Source of the DNA: an uncultured Pseudomonadota bacterium
GTDB lineage: Bacteria; Pseudomonadota; Gammaproteobacteria; Methylococcales; Methylomonadaceae
NCBI GenBank assembly: GCA_903889445.1
Contig: CAISXF010000005.1
Span: 151,030-215,029 of the forward strand
Direction of reading: 5' to 3'
Length of the DNA: 64,000 nt
This document shows positions 18,717-30,224 of this stretch, piece by piece. The translations under genes and the position numbers were made by a program. Below the pieces are notes generated by a model, which had not been told where the DNA came from, searched no databases, and worked only from the letters and a program-made list of their open reading frames with translations. How positions within the stretch are numbered: position 1 is the first letter of the stretch; the number at the start of each line of letters is the position of its first letter.

Positions 18717-19243
18717 CTAAATTCGCCACTGAAAATTCACGTTCAGTGCATTGACTTTATCGCCACTCGCGGTCGATTTGTAATCCGTGCCTTTGGTCAG
18801 TAAATCGCCATATTGATAACTCAACGACACTTTTGCATTGTGTCCATCAATCACATAATTCATACCCGCTTCGTACACGTTACGCCCTGTGCTGGCAGTG
18901 GGAGCAACATCCACATAACGCACCAACGGTTGAACTTGACCGATTAACACTTTTTAACACTTTTTGCGGAAATAAATACATTCCACTGACATTCATTAAC
19001 GGCATTACCTTCAAATATTGAAAATCCGTCACCTGCAAGGCGTGAAGCCATGCTGTAACCATTCGTAATATCGTAATTTTTGCATTCGCCATTGAATGTC
19101 ACGACACCTCGAAAAATAAGTAAATTAAAAATAATTGTTGTTTTTAAACCTACTCGTGTATCGGCAATGCAACAGTGTTCTATAAAAATTCTTTGTACAA
19201 ATGGACTTGTGCAGCGGCTTCCCTGCTGACAATTGAACAGCAT
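18717..19243 (-). pseudogene. 5'-truncated, frameshifted remnant of an outer-membrane porin-like gene
   Basis: Three overlapping short frames cover the region (18944-19243, 18880-19092, 18717-18950). The last reads ..[42 protein letters not shown], which looks like beta-barrel C-terminal strands. A 10-bp tandem duplication at 18946-18965 accounts for one frame break. There is no room for an N-terminus before the uvrD stop. Confidence 0.35.
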
Positions 19244-19256
19244 TAGCCACTGAAAT

Positions 19257-21437
19257 TTACAACACAGTTAATTCGGTAAATGCCGTCATCAACCAGCGTG
19301 AATCCGTGCGAAATTTAATCAATACCCGTTCTTTACTGCCATCCCCCTCGATGCTCTCAATTACTCCACCTCCAAAAGTTTGGTGATGCACGCGCTGATT
19401 TTTGTGATAATTGCTGTCAGTTTTAATTTCTGGCGGCAATGTTGTCGTAGAAAAAATGGGCGTTTTCGCCGTAACGGGTCGTGAAACCTCACTTTTTGGA
19501 CGCACCTCATCAAGAAAATCAACGGGAAGCTCTCTTAAAAACCGTGATTTGCTCGGAGAAGTTTCACGCCCATACAACCGCCGACTTTCAGCGTGCGTGA
19601 TATGTAATTTTTTCATGGCTCGCGTAATGCCAACGTAACACAATCGCCGCTCTTCTTCTAAACGCCCGACATCGTAAATCGATTGTTGCGACGGAAATAA
19701 ACCCTCTTCCACACCGACTAAAAAAACCAACGGAAATTCCAAGCCTTTCGCCGTGTGAAGCGTCATTAACTGCACGCAATCTTCAAATTCGTCCGCTTGA
19801 GGTTCGCTGGATTCTAAAACCGCATAACTTAAAAATGCCGCTAATTCGGACAAATTTTCTTCTTCATCGGGTTTATATTTAAACGCAGCAGCAGCATTCA
19901 CTAACTCTTTCAAGTTTTCGACTTTTTCCGCACTTTTTTCGACTTTGTCTTGGGAATAAAACGCCATCAAACCACTTTGCTCAATTACAAATTGAACCTT
20001 TTCACCCAGCGATAATCCCATAGTTCGATTTTCAAATTGCATAATTAAATCTAAAAAATTAGACAAAGCCGTTGCGGCGCGTGCGCTTAATTGCTGATTA
20101 CCAGACAATGAAATGGCCGCCATCCAAAGTGAAAACTGTTGTTCATTTGCCAATTGGCGGAGCGTATCAATCGTTTTTGAACCCATGCCGCGCGTCGGCG
20201 TATTCACAATGCGATCAAACGCCGCGTCGTCATCCGGATTCGCTAATAATCGTAAATAAGCGAGCGCATTTTTAATTTCAGCACGATCAAAAAAGCGTAA
20301 ACCACCGTAAACACGATACGGCGTTTTTGTTAACATCAATTGCTCTTCAAACTGCCGCGATTGCGCGTTGGAACGGTATAAAATGGCAATATCGGTGCGT
20401 TTGTTGCCCGCTGCAACCCAATGGCGAATTCGTTCCACCACATATTTTGCCTCGTCAAATTCGTTGTATGCTGCATAAACCGCAATTTTTTCGCCATCGG
20501 TCGTATCCGTCCACAAATTTTTGCCCATCCGTCCTTTGTTATTGGCGATAATGGCGTTCGCGGTTTTAAGAATCGCTCCCGTTGAACGATAATTTTGTTC
20601 TAATTTCACGATTTGATGCTGCGGATATTCACGTTGAAATTTATAAATGTTTTCGATTTTCGCGCCACGCCAACCGTAAATCGCTTGATCGTCGTCACCT
20701 ACTACAAACATGTTGTCCCTAGCGGGACTTAACAGCGTGAGCCACTGATATTGAATGTGATTCGTGTCCTGAAATTCATCGACGTGAATTTGACTGAAAC
20801 GATTTTGATATTGAGTCCGTAACGACTCATCGTCACGCAATAATTCATAAACACGCAGCAATAATTCTGAAAAATCGACCACGCCAGAACGTTCGCACAA
20901 CATTTCATATTCACGATAAATTCGCAAAAAACGAATGGCATTTTTGTCCTCGCTGCTGACTAAATCTTTACTTCGCAAACCTTCGTCTTTTTGAGCATTG
21001 ATAAACCATTGAATTTCTTTGGCGGGTAACTCTTTTGGGTCAACTTTCAAATCCTCCAACAACCGTTTAATTAAACGTTGCTGGTCATTCGAATCGAGAA
21101 CTTGAAAATCCTTCGGCAAACGCGCTTGTTCTGCGTGACGACGCAAAAGACGATGTGCGATGCCGTGAAACGTACCAATCCACATATTGGGCGCATTATT
21201 TTCTAACAAGTTTTCAATACGCCCGCGCATTTCGTTGGCGGCTTTATTGGTAAACGTGACGGCAAGAATGCTTTGCGGCGACACCGCATTGACTTGAATT
21301 TGCCACACAATACGGTGTACTAAAACGCGCGTTTTACCGCTTCCTGCACCCGCTAAAACTAGCATGGCTTGCGAGGGAGCGGTAACGGCGGCGCGTTGTG
21401 CGTCATTCAATGGCGCGATAATTGAAGTTATATCCAT
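19257..21437 (-). CDS. uvrD: DNA helicase II (UvrD)
   Basis: MDITSIIAPLNDAQRAAV.. matches the E. coli UvrD start. Motifs present: Walker A AGAGSGKTRVL, motif II HVDEFQDTN, and ..TLHTAKGLEFP... The ORF-track start 21479 adds 14 non-homologous codons. Confidence 0.92.
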   Translation of the reverse strand: MDITSIIAPLNDAQRAAVTAPSQAMLVLAGAGSGKTRVLVHRIVWQIQVNAVSPQSILAVTFTNKAANEMRGRIENLLENNAPNMWIGTFHGIAHRLLRRHAEQARLPKDFQVLDSNDQQRLIKRLLEDLKVDPKELPAKEIQWFINAQKDEGLRSKDLVSSEDKNAIRFLRIYREYEMLCERSGVVDFSELLLRVYELLRDDESLRTQYQNRFSQIHVDEFQDTNHIQYQWLTLLSPARDNMFVVGDDDQAIYGWRGAKIENIYKFQREYPQHQIVKLEQNYRSTGAILKTANAIIANNKGRMGKNLWTDTTDGEKIAVYAAYNEFDEAKYVVERIRHWVAAGNKRTDIAILYRSNAQSRQFEEQLMLTKTPYRVYGGLRFFDRAEIKNALAYLRLLANPDDDAAFDRIVNTPTRGMGSKTIDTLRQLANEQQFSLWMAAISLSGNQQLSARAATALSNFLDLIMQFENRTMGLSLGEKVQFVIEQSGLMAFYSQDKVEKSAEKVENLKELVNAAAAFKYKPDEEENLSELAAFLSYAVLESSEPQADEFEDCVQLMTLHTAKGLEFPLVFLVGVEEGLFPSQQSIYDVGRLEEERRLCYVGITRAMKKLHITHAESRRLYGRETSPSKSRFLRELPVDFLDEVRPKSEVSRPVTAKTPIFSTTTLPPEIKTDSNYHKNQRVHHQTFGGGVIESIEGDGSKERVLIKFRTDSRWLMTAFTELTVL

Positions 21438-21541
21438 AATTTTTGATTGCAGATTTTGAACAGCTGTGTATAGTTTCAAGGTAGATAAAGCCGATTATTC
21501 GGCTTATTTTTCGACAATAATTATACAGAGAAGGTTTTAAA

Positions 21542-21742
21542 ATGAGTTTTGATTATAAACGTTTGTTTAAATTTGAATTGAACTTAGACGATAAACAGAA
21601 AAAATATCGTTTATATGGTGGAGTGGTTGCGTTATTAGTTTCTGTCTTTACTGCTAGTATTCCACTGCTATTAGTGGGTTTGGCGATGACAGCGATGGGC
21701 TATTCTGGATGGTGTCCACTTTGTTCGGCGATTCAAAAATAA
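21542..21742 (+). CDS. Small two-TM protein, DUF2892 (YgaP C-terminal-like) family
   Basis: 66 aa with two hydrophobic helices and the terminal GWCPLCSAI motif (the G-x-CP-x-Y/C pattern recalled for DUF2892). Confidence 0.5.
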   Translation: MSFDYKRLFKFELNLDDKQKKYRLYGGVVALLVSVFTASIPLLLVGLAMTAMGYSGWCPLCSAIQK

Positions 21743-21790
21743 TCGCATATTTCGCGAAACCGCCACGCATTATTACAGGGATGTGATAAT

Positions 21791-23125
21791 GTGGTCTTAC
21801 CCGACTTTCACTTACCTGCACTTCTTTCTGTGACCACTATTTATCCCATTCCTGAAAATCACGCACAACGTTTTGTGTTACACAATGAAGTTCATGCGCG
21901 TTCTTCGATAATCCGAGGTTTGCCTGGTCGTGCTAGTCATTTAGCATTATCACGTTCTAATGAAGAAAAAATCCAAGAGCGTCAGCATTTGAACCAACTT
22001 TGTGAACGTTTTGGCGTAGCGGCACCCGCAGCAGATGCCGATCATTTCAGTGCAACATTTGATTCCTTTCAAATTCGTTGGGAACAACACGGGGAATTCA
22101 GCACTTACACTTTTTATGTGCAGGGCGCAGAAGAAAAACCATTTGCCGCCCCTGCGTTGAAAAAAGTGCCGGTTGACTGGCTTTCAACAATGACAGGTAA
22201 AATTTTGGTGGCATCACATGCGACGATTTTACCCGAAAGTGAAAATCCTGATTTAGCTGAAATTGCCCCCTATTTTGCCAATAATCCATTGGTTGGTTCA
22301 ACCGTAACAGGTAGTGCCGCTTGTGTATTTACAGATTTTCGCATTCATGTTGATGGTTTTAGCCGTTTTTTGATAGTGAATCAAAACTTGCGGGTTGAGC
22401 AAGGTGCGCGATTGTTACATCGGTTATTTGAAATTGAAGTTTATCGTGTTCTTGCTTTACTCGCGTTTCCTATCGCTCGCAAACTGTATCCAGAACTCAA
22501 AAAAGCCGATCAACAACTTTACACCATCACAAACGCGATGACCCAATCTGCAGGGAATGATGCTCAATTGCTCGACGAGTTGACCGTACTTGCCGCTACA
22601 ATTGAAAATCACGTTTCGAGTAATCATCTGCGTTTTGCAGCGGCGAGCGCGTATTACAATTTGGTGGAACAGCGGCTGATTGATTTGCGCGAAGTGCGAA
22701 TTCAAGGCATTCAAACTATCGGTGAATTTATTAAACGTCGACTGGAACCGGCAATAAATACTTGCCGCTCAACAGCAAATCGATTTACATCGCTTTCAGA
22801 GCGCGTTGGCAACACGAGCCAATTATTACGAACTCGGGTGGATATTATTATAGAACGACAAAATCAAGCCTTACTCACGTCGATGGATTTACGTGCAAAA
22901 ATGCAATTGCGAATGCAGCAAATGGTCGAGGGGATTTCCATTGTTGCCATTACTTATTATGCAGCAAGTTTAATTCGCGCCATGACCGAAACCTTACACG
23001 CTTTCGGTTTTTCCGTTAATCCCGATATTATCGAAGGTGCAGCCGTGCCGTTTATTTTGATAGGTATCGGTTTGGGATTTAAACGCATTCACCACATTAT
23101 TAAAAATACGACGGAAGTTTCATAA
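21791..23125 (+). CDS. DUF3422-like membrane-anchored protein of unknown function
   Basis: 444 aa with a GTG start. The N-terminus ..[17 protein letters not shown].. matches the recalled H-P-L-R..ELHARP pattern of DUF3422. Two C-terminal TM helices are present ([28 protein letters not shown]). Confidence 0.5.
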   Translation: MVLPDFHLPALLSVTTIYPIPENHAQRFVLHNEVHARSSIIRGLPGRASHLALSRSNEEKIQERQHLNQLCERFGVAAPAADADHFSATFDSFQIRWEQHGEFSTYTFYVQGAEEKPFAAPALKKVPVDWLSTMTGKILVASHATILPESENPDLAEIAPYFANNPLVGSTVTGSAACVFTDFRIHVDGFSRFLIVNQNLRVEQGARLLHRLFEIEVYRVLALLAFPIARKLYPELKKADQQLYTITNAMTQSAGNDAQLLDELTVLAATIENHVSSNHLRFAAASAYYNLVEQRLIDLREVRIQGIQTIGEFIKRRLEPAINTCRSTANRFTSLSERVGNTSQLLRTRVDIIIERQNQALLTSMDLRAKMQLRMQQMVEGISIVAITYYAASLIRAMTETLHAFGFSVNPDIIEGAAVPFILIGIGLGFKRIHHIIKNTTEVS

Positions 23126-23202
23126 CGCGTTTTTTTCTGACATATTGCCCTTATAATACGGGTTCAATCTTTCTAATCCTTTCACTTTTTCATATTCAAG
23201 CA

Positions 23203-24333
23203 ATGGCAACTAAAGAAGATTTTTATAAAATACTCAACGTCGATCGCAATGCAAGCGATGCCGAAATTAAAAAAAGTTATCGCAGTTTGGCGATGAAACA
23301 TCATCCCGATCGTAATGCTGATAATCCCGCAGCAGCAGAAGAGAAATTTAAGCAAATTAAAGAAGCGTACGAAATCTTATCGGATTCAAAAAAACGCGCG
23401 GCTTACGATCAATTTGGTCATGCAGGCGTGGATCCCTCTATGGGCGGTGGGCGCGGCGCAGGGGCTAGTGATTTTGGTGATGCGTTCAGTGATATTTTTG
23501 GCGATATGTTTGGCAAACGTGGTGGGGGCGGACAACAAGGCGGTGGACAACGTGGCTCGGATTTACGTTACAACCTTGAAATTAGTTTAGAAGAAGCAGT
23601 TGCCGGCACAGAACAAAAAATTCGGATTCCAGTTTTGGTCACTTGCGGTGATTGCTTAGGCTCTGGTGCCAAAAAAGGCTCCGCCCCAGTCATCTGCTCG
23701 ATGTGTCACGGACACGGACAAGTTCGGATGCAACAAGGATTTTTCACCGTACAACAAACTTGCCCAACATGTCGAGGCACAGGAAAACAAATTAAAGATC
23801 CATGCGGCAAATGCCACGGTCAAGGGCGGGTCAAAGACGAAAAAACGCTGTCGGCAAAAATACCAGCGGGTGTGGATACCGGCGATAGAATTCGTTTATC
23901 CGGCGAAGGCGAAGCGGGACAATTAGGCGCACCGTCTGGTGATTTGTATATTGAAATTCAGGTTAATCGCCATTCAATATTCATTCGAGACGGTGCAAAT
24001 TTATCGTGTGAAATGCCCATTAGTTTCGTCACAGCGTGTTTAGGCGGCGAAATTGAAGTTCCAACTTTAGGAGGCAAAGCCTTATTAAAAATTCCTGCCG
24101 AAACACAAAGTGGACAATCATTTCGTCTTCGTGGCAAAGGTGTAAAACAGGTGCGCGGTGGCGCGGTCGGCGATTTACTTTGCAAAGTACAAATCGAAAC
24201 GCCGGTTAATTTAACACCCGAACAAAAATCATTGGTAGAAAAATTAGGCGAATCACTGTCAAGCAGCGGCAAACACCACAGCCCACAAGAATCCTCGTGG
24301 CTCGATGGTCTGAAAAACTTTTTTACAAACTAA
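23203..24333 (+). CDS. dnaJ: Chaperone DnaJ (Hsp40)
   Basis: 376 aa with a J domain carrying HHPDRN, a Gly/Phe-rich linker, four CxxCxGxG zinc-finger repeats ([32 protein letters not shown]), and a C-terminal substrate-binding domain. Confidence 0.96.
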   Translation: MATKEDFYKILNVDRNASDAEIKKSYRSLAMKHHPDRNADNPAAAEEKFKQIKEAYEILSDSKKRAAYDQFGHAGVDPSMGGGRGAGASDFGDAFSDIFGDMFGKRGGGGQQGGGQRGSDLRYNLEISLEEAVAGTEQKIRIPVLVTCGDCLGSGAKKGSAPVICSMCHGHGQVRMQQGFFTVQQTCPTCRGTGKQIKDPCGKCHGQGRVKDEKTLSAKIPAGVDTGDRIRLSGEGEAGQLGAPSGDLYIEIQVNRHSIFIRDGANLSCEMPISFVTACLGGEIEVPTLGGKALLKIPAETQSGQSFRLRGKGVKQVRGGAVGDLLCKVQIETPVNLTPEQKSLVEKLGESLSSSGKHHSPQESSWLDGLKNFFTN

Positions 24334-24345
24334 AACGAGTAATTT

Positions 24346-25149
24346 ATGATACGAATTGCAGTGGTAGGAGCAACGGGGAGAATGGGGTTGTGTTTAATGA
24401 AAGTCGCATTTTTGCATGATAAAACCCAGTTGACCGTCGCGATTGCACGGGCAGGTAACGATGCCATAGGCAAAAATGCCGGAATGTTGGCAGGCATCGA
24501 CACAATAGACGTAAATGTGGGCGATGATTTAAGTGACAAAATTAACGATTTTGATGTGTTGATTGACTTCACTCGCCCCGAAATTTCAATGGAATACATT
24601 GAAATTTGCCGTCAAGCGGGTAAAAAAATTGTGATTGGTACAACTGGATATTCCGAAATTCAAAAAGCGGAAATTACATGTGCTGCAAAGGATGTTCCGA
24701 TTGTGCTTGCACCAAATATGAGTGTGGGTGTGAATCTATCGCTTAAATTATTGGAAATGACAGCGAAAGTAATGGGTGATTATACGGATATTGAAATTAT
24801 TGAAGTGCATCATCGCCACAAAGTGGATGCACCATCTGGCACAGCATTACGCATGGGTGAAGTGATTGCGAAAACACTGGGGCGTGATTTGGAAACTTGT
24901 GCTATTTACGGGCGAGAAGGATATACCGGTGAACGCAATCAAAGAACTATTGGTTTTTCCACTATTCGTGCAGGTGATATTGTTGGTGAACACACAGTAA
25001 TGTTTGCAGATGATGGTGAGCGTCTGGAAATTACGCACAAAGCCACAAGCCGCATGACTTTTGCGAACGGTGCAATTAGAGCTGCAATTTGGTTAAATAC
25101 GAAAGATTTAGGTTTGTTTAATATGCAAAATGTGCTGGAACTAGCGTAA
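24346..25149 (+). CDS. dapB: 4-hydroxy-tetrahydrodipicolinate reductase
   Basis: 267 aa with N-terminal Rossmann motif [13 protein letters not shown] and ..[19 protein letters not shown].. (DapB signature). Confidence 0.93.
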   Translation: MIRIAVVGATGRMGLCLMKVAFLHDKTQLTVAIARAGNDAIGKNAGMLAGIDTIDVNVGDDLSDKINDFDVLIDFTRPEISMEYIEICRQAGKKIVIGTTGYSEIQKAEITCAAKDVPIVLAPNMSVGVNLSLKLLEMTAKVMGDYTDIEIIEVHHRHKVDAPSGTALRMGEVIAKTLGRDLETCAIYGREGYTGERNQRTIGFSTIRAGDIVGEHTVMFADDGERLEITHKATSRMTFANGAIRAAIWLNTKDLGLFNMQNVLELA

Positions 25150-25160
25150 AAAGTAGGCAA

Positions 25161-25189
25161 AAAAAACGCCTGTTAAACAGGCGTTTTTA
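25161..25189. terminator. Bidirectional intrinsic terminator between convergent dapB and rplQ
   Basis: Perfect palindrome aaaaaacgcctgtt-a-aacaggcgttttt centred on 25175. The GC stem cgcctg/caggcg is flanked by an A-run and a T-run. Confidence 0.8.
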
Positions 25190-25209
25190 AAACTGCATTA
25201 TTGACGGAC

Positions 25210-25572
25210 TTATGCTTCTCTGTCTACAAGCTCAACATACGCCATGGGTGCGTTGTCACCTGATCTAAAGCCGCATTTTATAATTCGCAAGTAACCACCA
25301 GCTCTGTTTTTGTAACGAGGACCTAATTCATTGAATAACTTGGTCACCATATCACGGTCACGCAAGCGAGCGAATGCTAAACGTCTTTTAGCGACACTGT
25401 CTTCTTTTGATAAGGTAATTAATGGTTCAGCGAAACCTCTAAGTTCTTTTGCCTTAGGCAATGTAGTTTTAATCAACTCATGGTTGAATAACGAGTTTGC
25501 CATATTACTGAACATAGCCTTGCGATGGCTGCTGTTCATGTTGAGCTGTCTACCAGATTTACGATGTCTCAT
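25210..25572 (-). CDS. rplQ: 50S ribosomal protein L17
   Basis: 120 aa, [20 protein letters not shown]..; last gene of the alpha operon. Confidence 0.97.
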   Translation of the reverse strand: MRHRKSGRQLNMNSSHRKAMFSNMANSLFNHELIKTTLPKAKELRGFAEPLITLSKEDSVAKRRLAFARLRDRDMVTKLFNELGPRYKNRAGGYLRIIKCGFRSGDNAPMAYVELVDREA

Positions 25573-25590
25573 GTTTGAGTAACCTAAAAT

Positions 25591-26613
25591 TTAATGTGAT
25601 GTGGATTGGTTATGTTCAGCGAGACTGTCGGGCGGCCAATTTTCTAGGCGCATTCCCAAAGACAACCCTTTTAATGCCAGAATGTCTTTAATTTCAGTTA
25701 ACGACTTTCTGCCAAGATTGGGTGTTTTCAATAATTCAACTTCAGTGCGTTGAATTAAATCGCCTATATAAAAAATATTTTCAGCCTTTAAGCAGTTTGC
25801 TGAACGCACCGTCAACTCTAAGTCATCCACAGGACGTAAAAGCACTGGATCTATAGATTCATCTGGTGATGAATACTCCACTCTCGGTTGCTCGCTTACT
25901 TTTTCAAAATCTACGAACACAGATAGCTGATCGTGAATAATAGTTGCTGCGAGTTTAATAGTACGCTCTGGATCAACAGTACCGTTTGTCTCTAAATCAA
26001 TAATCAACTTATCTAAGTTGGTGCGTTGTTCAACCCGTGTACTCTCTACTTGGTAGGACACACGCATCACAGGGCTGAATGAAGCGTCTAAATGTAGAGT
26101 ACCTATTGGATAGTTTGTATCTACATTCGACTTACGAACACTTGCAGGTTCATAGCCCCGACCACGACTAACTTTAATTTTCATGCTCAAATTGCCAGTT
26201 TGCGTCAAATTCGCAATAATCAAACCTGGATTTAAAATTTTTACATAATCAGGCAAAGAAATGTCGCCAGCCGTAACTATTGTAGGCTGTCCCACACCTT
26301 TTTTAGAAAGGATTAATTCTGCACTATCCTTGCCTTCAACAGAGATTGCTAACTTTTTCAAATTTAGCAAAATATCGATTACATCTTCATGTACACCCTC
26401 TATAGTGGTGTACTCGTGTAAAACACCGTCAATTTCAACTGAAGTAACTGCACAACCCGGAATAGTCGATAAAAGAACACGTCTCAACGCATTCCCTAAC
26501 GAGTGTCCGAATCCACGCTCTAAAGGCTCTATAATGATTCTTGAGTGATTTGGCGAGTCGCTTACAACCTCAACTAACTTAGGTTTAAGCAAATTAGGGA
26601 TAGAACTAAGCAT
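25591..26613 (-). CDS. rpoA: DNA-directed RNA polymerase alpha subunit
   Basis: 340 aa with ..[22 protein letters not shown].. and the CTD motif [16 protein letters not shown]. Confidence 0.97.
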   Translation of the reverse strand: MLSSIPNLLKPKLVEVVSDSPNHSRIIIEPLERGFGHSLGNALRRVLLSTIPGCAVTSVEIDGVLHEYTTIEGVHEDVIDILLNLKKLAISVEGKDSAELILSKKGVGQPTIVTAGDISLPDYVKILNPGLIIANLTQTGNLSMKIKVSRGRGYEPASVRKSNVDTNYPIGTLHLDASFSPVMRVSYQVESTRVEQRTNLDKLIIDLETNGTVDPERTIKLAATIIHDQLSVFVDFEKVSEQPRVEYSSPDESIDPVLLRPVDDLELTVRSANCLKAENIFYIGDLIQRTEVELLKTPNLGRKSLTEIKDILALKGLSLGMRLENWPPDSLAEHNQSTSH

Positions 26614-26634
26614 TTGTATTCCTCAGAACTCTAA

Positions 26635-27255
26635 TTATTTAGAGTAAAGTTCCACAACAAGTTGTTCATTAATATCACTACCTAAATCAATTCTGTCGGG
26701 AAGGCTAGTAAACGTCCCCGTCATCTCTTTAGATGAAACATTAACCCAAGACGGAAAACCATACTGCTCCATAGTTACTAGAGCTTCGATAATACGTTGC
26801 TGTTTTTTAGCCTTTTCCCTGATTGATAGCACATCACCAGGTGAAACTTGGTATGAAGGTACATTAATCAAAGAGCCATTTACTTGAATAGACTTGTGCG
26901 AAACAAGCTGACGAGCTTCAGCGCGTGTACTGGAGAAACCCATTCTGTAAACCACGTTATCTAGCCTTGACTCCAAAAGATTTAACAAGTTTTCACCAGT
27001 TGCACCTTTTTTCATATCTGCTGATTTGTAGTAGTTTCTAAATTGTTTTTCTAGTACACCATAGATTCGGCGTAAGCGTTGCTTAGCGCGTAACTGCGTT
27101 GCGTAATCTGAGTTTCTAGCCCGTTTTGTACCGTGCTGACCAGGTTTCTGGTCTAGTTTACATTTGTTTTCCAGAGATTTCCCTCTGCTTTTCAAAAATA
27201 AATCAGTGCCTTCTCTACGGCTTAATTTACAAGTTGGCCCTAGGTATCTTGCCAT
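26635..27255 (-). CDS. rpsD: 30S ribosomal protein S4
   Basis: 206 aa, [23 protein letters not shown]. Confidence 0.97.
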   Translation of the reverse strand: MARYLGPTCKLSRREGTDLFLKSRGKSLENKCKLDQKPGQHGTKRARNSDYATQLRAKQRLRRIYGVLEKQFRNYYKSADMKKGATGENLLNLLESRLDNVVYRMGFSSTRAEARQLVSHKSIQVNGSLINVPSYQVSPGDVLSIREKAKKQQRIIEALVTMEQYGFPSWVNVSSKEMTGTFTSLPDRIDLGSDINEQLVVELYSK

Positions 27256-27273
27256 GTTATTACTCCAATTTCT

Positions 27274-27660
27274 CTACACGCGGCGCTTTTTAGGAGGGCG
27301 ACAACCATTATGTGGAATGGGAGTCACATCAGTAATATTATTAATCTTAAAACCTAGGTTATTCAGAGAACGCACTGCGGACTCTCGACCTGGACCTGGA
27401 CCTTTAATTAATACATCAAGGTTTTTCATACCGTATTCCTGAGCAACCGCTCCCGCTTTTTCAGCTGCGACCTGAGCAGCGAACGGGGTGCTTTTCCGTG
27501 AACCTCTGAATCCCGACCCACCCGATGTAGCCCAAGAAAGTGCATTGCCTTTTCTGTCGGTAATTGTAATTATTGTATTGTTAAAAGATGCGTGAACGTG
27601 TGCTATGCCATCGGCAACTTCTTTTTTAATACGTTTTCTCGAACGATTTTGACTAGCCAT
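27274..27660 (-). CDS. rpsK: 30S ribosomal protein S11
   Basis: 128 aa, ..[18 protein letters not shown].. Confidence 0.97.
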   Translation of the reverse strand: MASQNRSRKRIKKEVADGIAHVHASFNNTIITITDRKGNALSWATSGGSGFRGSRKSTPFAAQVAAEKAGAVAQEYGMKNLDVLIKGPGPGRESAVRSLNNLGFKINNITDVTPIPHNGCRPPKKRRV

Positions 27661-27683
27661 TAGCTGATACTCTTAAATTGTGC

Positions 27684-28040
27684 TTATTTTTTAATTGGTT
27701 TACGAGGTCCTTTACGAGTGCGTGCGTTCGTTCTAGTACGCTGCCCCCTTAATGGCAACCCTCTACGATGTCTTATTCCGCGATAACAACCTAAATCCAT
27801 TAGGCGTTTGATATTCATAGACACCTCACGACGAAGATCGCCTTCGACGGTCATCTTTGCTACAGCACCACGAATAGCTTCTATCTTATCCTCAGTTAAA
27901 TCTTTTATTTTTACCGAAGGTAACACACCTACCTCACTACAAATTTCATTTGCAGTTTGACGACCTATGCCATAAATTGCGGTTAACGCGATAACCGCGT
28001 GTTTGTGGTCTGGTACATTTATGCCAGCAATACGTGCCAT
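27684..28040 (-). CDS. rpsM: 30S ribosomal protein S13
   Basis: 118 aa, [26 protein letters not shown]. Confidence 0.97.
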   Translation of the reverse strand: MARIAGINVPDHKHAVIALTAIYGIGRQTANEICSEVGVLPSVKIKDLTEDKIEAIRGAVAKMTVEGDLRREVSMNIKRLMDLGCYRGIRHRRGLPLRGQRTRTNARTRKGPRKPIKK

Positions 28041-28090
28041 TTAATACTCCCCCTGAGTACATATTCTAATTTCTAAGATTGACGTCGATA

Positions 28091-28118
28091 ATTATAACAT
28101 ATTGTAATAATTGGGCAA
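28091..28118 (-). promoter_or_regulatory. Candidate sigma70 promoter for the alpha operon (rpsM-rpsK-rpsD-rpoA-rplQ)
   Basis: Minus strand reads TTGCCC (28118-28113), a 16-nt spacer, then TATAAT (28096-28091), about 50 nt upstream of the rpsM ATG in the 86-nt rpmJ-rpsM gap. This is a pattern match only. Confidence 0.35.
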
Positions 28119-28126
28119 TGATAAAC

Positions 28127-28240
28127 TTAACCCTGACGCTGTTTGTGTCTACCGTCTTCACAAATAACCCTTACAACGCCATTTCTTTTTACAATTTTGC
28201 ATTTTCTGCAAATTGTTTTCACAGAAGCGCGAACTTTCAT
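28127..28240 (-). CDS. rpmJ: 50S ribosomal protein L36
   Basis: Below the ORF-track size cutoff. ATG 28240 to TAA 28127 gives [37 protein letters not shown] (37 aa). It lies between secY and rpsM. Confidence 0.95.
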   Translation of the reverse strand: MKVRASVKTICRKCKIVKRNGVVRVICEDGRHKQRQG

Positions 28241-28280
28241 AGAATCTCCAATACTTTTAATGTAAGAAACGTGCTAACCA

Positions 28281-29603
28281 TTATTTTTTAAGGTTAGCTT
28301 TTTTCATTAAACCTTCATACTGTTGTGACATAACATGCGTTTGCATCTGGGAAATAAAGTCCATTACGACAACAACAATAATTAACAACGAAGTTCCACC
28401 AAAATAAAATGGAACATTCCAATAAACAATTAAGAACTCGGGCAACAAGCAGACTAACGTAATGTAAAATGCACCAATGAGCGTCAGTCTCGTCATTACT
28501 TTGTCTATATAAGCACTAGTTTGTACCCCTGGTCGAATTCCCGGTAAAAAAGCCCCTGATTTTTTCAAATTATCGGCGGTTTCCTTAGAATTAAATACCA
28601 AAGCGGTATAAAAAAAACAAAAGAAAATAATCGCTAATGCATAAAAAATAACGTATACGGGTTGCCCAGGTGAAAGTAATGTTGCAACATCTTGCAACCA
28701 TCCAAACCCTTCGCTCTTGCCAAACCACCCTGCAATCGTTGCGGGGAAAAGAATGATACTAGACGCGAAAATAGGCGGAATAACGCCTGCCATATTTAAT
28801 TTCAATGGTAAAAAGCTACTTTGACCAGCGTATGATTTATGCCCCTGCTGCCTTTTAGGATAGTTAATCACAATACGTCGCTGACCCCGCTCTACAAAAA
28901 CAACTAGCATTGTTACAGAAATCGAAATCAAAAAAAGCAGAACAATAAACGCACTACTCATCTCACCGGTTCGAACAAGCTCAAAAGTACTACCGATTGC
29001 CTTAGGTAAACCCGACACAATCCCTGCAAAAATAATCATGGATATACCATTGCCAATGCCGCGCTCAGTCACTTGCTCACCCAGCCACATTAGGAATATA
29101 GTACCTGTCACTAACGTTATTGTTGTAACTATAATAAAATTATAACCTGGGCTAAGTACAACAGACAACCCACCTGCTGTTTGATTTTGTAACGCTAAGG
29201 AAATGCCAATTGCCTGGAAAGTAGCTAAAACAACGGTTCCATAACGAGTAAACTGGGCAATTTTACGTCTTCCCAGCTCACCATCCTTTTTCATTTGTTC
29301 CATTGATGGCACAACAACCGTCATGAGTTGCATTATTATAGAGGCGGAGATATAGGGCATAATCCCTAACGCAAACAGGCTCAACCGCATTAACGCACCA
29401 CCTGAAAACATGTTAAACATATCCAGAATGGAACCACCTTGTTGTTGAAACATTGTCGCCAGTGCCTTAGGATCGATTCCTGGAACAGGAATGTGCGCCC
29501 CAACACGATAAACAACGAAAGCACCCAAAACAAAAAGTAGACGTGCTTTTAATTCTGAGAAATCACCGGTTTTATTTGCCATTTGCGCTCTTGATACACT
29601 CAC
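28281..29603 (-). CDS. secY: Preprotein translocase subunit SecY
   Basis: 440-aa polytopic ORF with ..[18 protein letters not shown]..; positioned between rplO and rpmJ. Confidence 0.97.
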   Translation of the reverse strand: MSVSRAQMANKTGDFSELKARLLFVLGAFVVYRVGAHIPVPGIDPKALATMFQQQGGSILDMFNMFSGGALMRLSLFALGIMPYISASIIMQLMTVVVPSMEQMKKDGELGRRKIAQFTRYGTVVLATFQAIGISLALQNQTAGGLSVVLSPGYNFIIVTTITLVTGTIFLMWLGEQVTERGIGNGISMIIFAGIVSGLPKAIGSTFELVRTGEMSSAFIVLLFLISISVTMLVVFVERGQRRIVINYPKRQQGHKSYAGQSSFLPLKLNMAGVIPPIFASSIILFPATIAGWFGKSEGFGWLQDVATLLSPGQPVYVIFYALAIIFFCFFYTALVFNSKETADNLKKSGAFLPGIRPGVQTSAYIDKVMTRLTLIGAFYITLVCLLPEFLIVYWNVPFYFGGTSLLIIVVVVMDFISQMQTHVMSQQYEGLMKKANLKK

Positions 29604-30038
29604 TTACGCCTCTACTTTTCCACCAGCTGCTTCAATAGATTCTTTTGCACCTGCTGTTACTTTTACACCTTTGACAATCACCGACCTGGTCAGCTCGCCT
29701 GATTTAATAATACGAGCAACTTTTGTAAAAATTGGTACAACATTGGCGTCAATCAAAACTTTTAGGTCTATTACATCGCCTGTCAAATAATTCAGTTCGC
29801 TAAGTCGCACCTCAGAAGAAAACCGCGCTTTATGAGAAGTAAACCCAATTTTCGGCAAGCGCCGCTGCAACGGCATCTGACCGCCTTCAAAGCCCACCTT
29901 GTGGAATCCGCCACTGCGAGCTTTTTGACCTTTATGACCACGACCACACGTCTTTCCCATAGTACAGCCTATACCGCGACCTACACGCCTAGACTTTTTA
30001 CGCGCACCATGTACAGCTTTAATTGTATTTAAAAACAT
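29604..30038 (-). CDS. rplO: 50S ribosomal protein L15
   Basis: 144 aa, [24 protein letters not shown]. Confidence 0.97.
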   Translation of the reverse strand: MFLNTIKAVHGARKKSRRVGRGIGCTMGKTCGRGHKGQKARSGGFHKVGFEGGQMPLQRRLPKIGFTSHKARFSSEVRLSELNYLTGDVIDLKVLIDANVVPIFTKVARIIKSGELTRSVIVKGVKVTAGAKESIEAAGGKVEA

Positions 30039-30220
30039 TAAACCTCCTCAACTTTAAGCATATAAGCCACTTTGTTGATCATCCCTCTGTTTTCTGGAGA
30101 ATTCACTATTTCAACCGTCTGGTTAATTTTACGTAAACCCAAGCCTCTTAAACAAGCTCGATGATTAGGTAATCTTCCAAACCGACTTTTTGTCATTGTG
30201 ACACTTAACATATTGCTCAT
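30038..30220 (-). CDS. rpmD: 50S ribosomal protein L30
   Basis: ATG 30220, 4 nt after the rpsE stop, gives 60 aa [31 protein letters not shown]... The 76-aa ORF-track version overlaps rpsE. Confidence 0.92.
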   Translation of the reverse strand: MSNMLSVTMTKSRFGRLPNHRACLRGLGLRKINQTVEIVNSPENRGMINKVAYMLKVEEV

Positions 30221-30224
30221 ATCA

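Noticed and set aside
23315-24272. Alternative-frame ORFs inside dnaJ (23315-23590, 23666-23926, 23958-24272 minus)
   Set aside because: They are embedded in the strongly supported dnaJ frame. The Gly-rich and Cys-repeat regions generate open off-frames.
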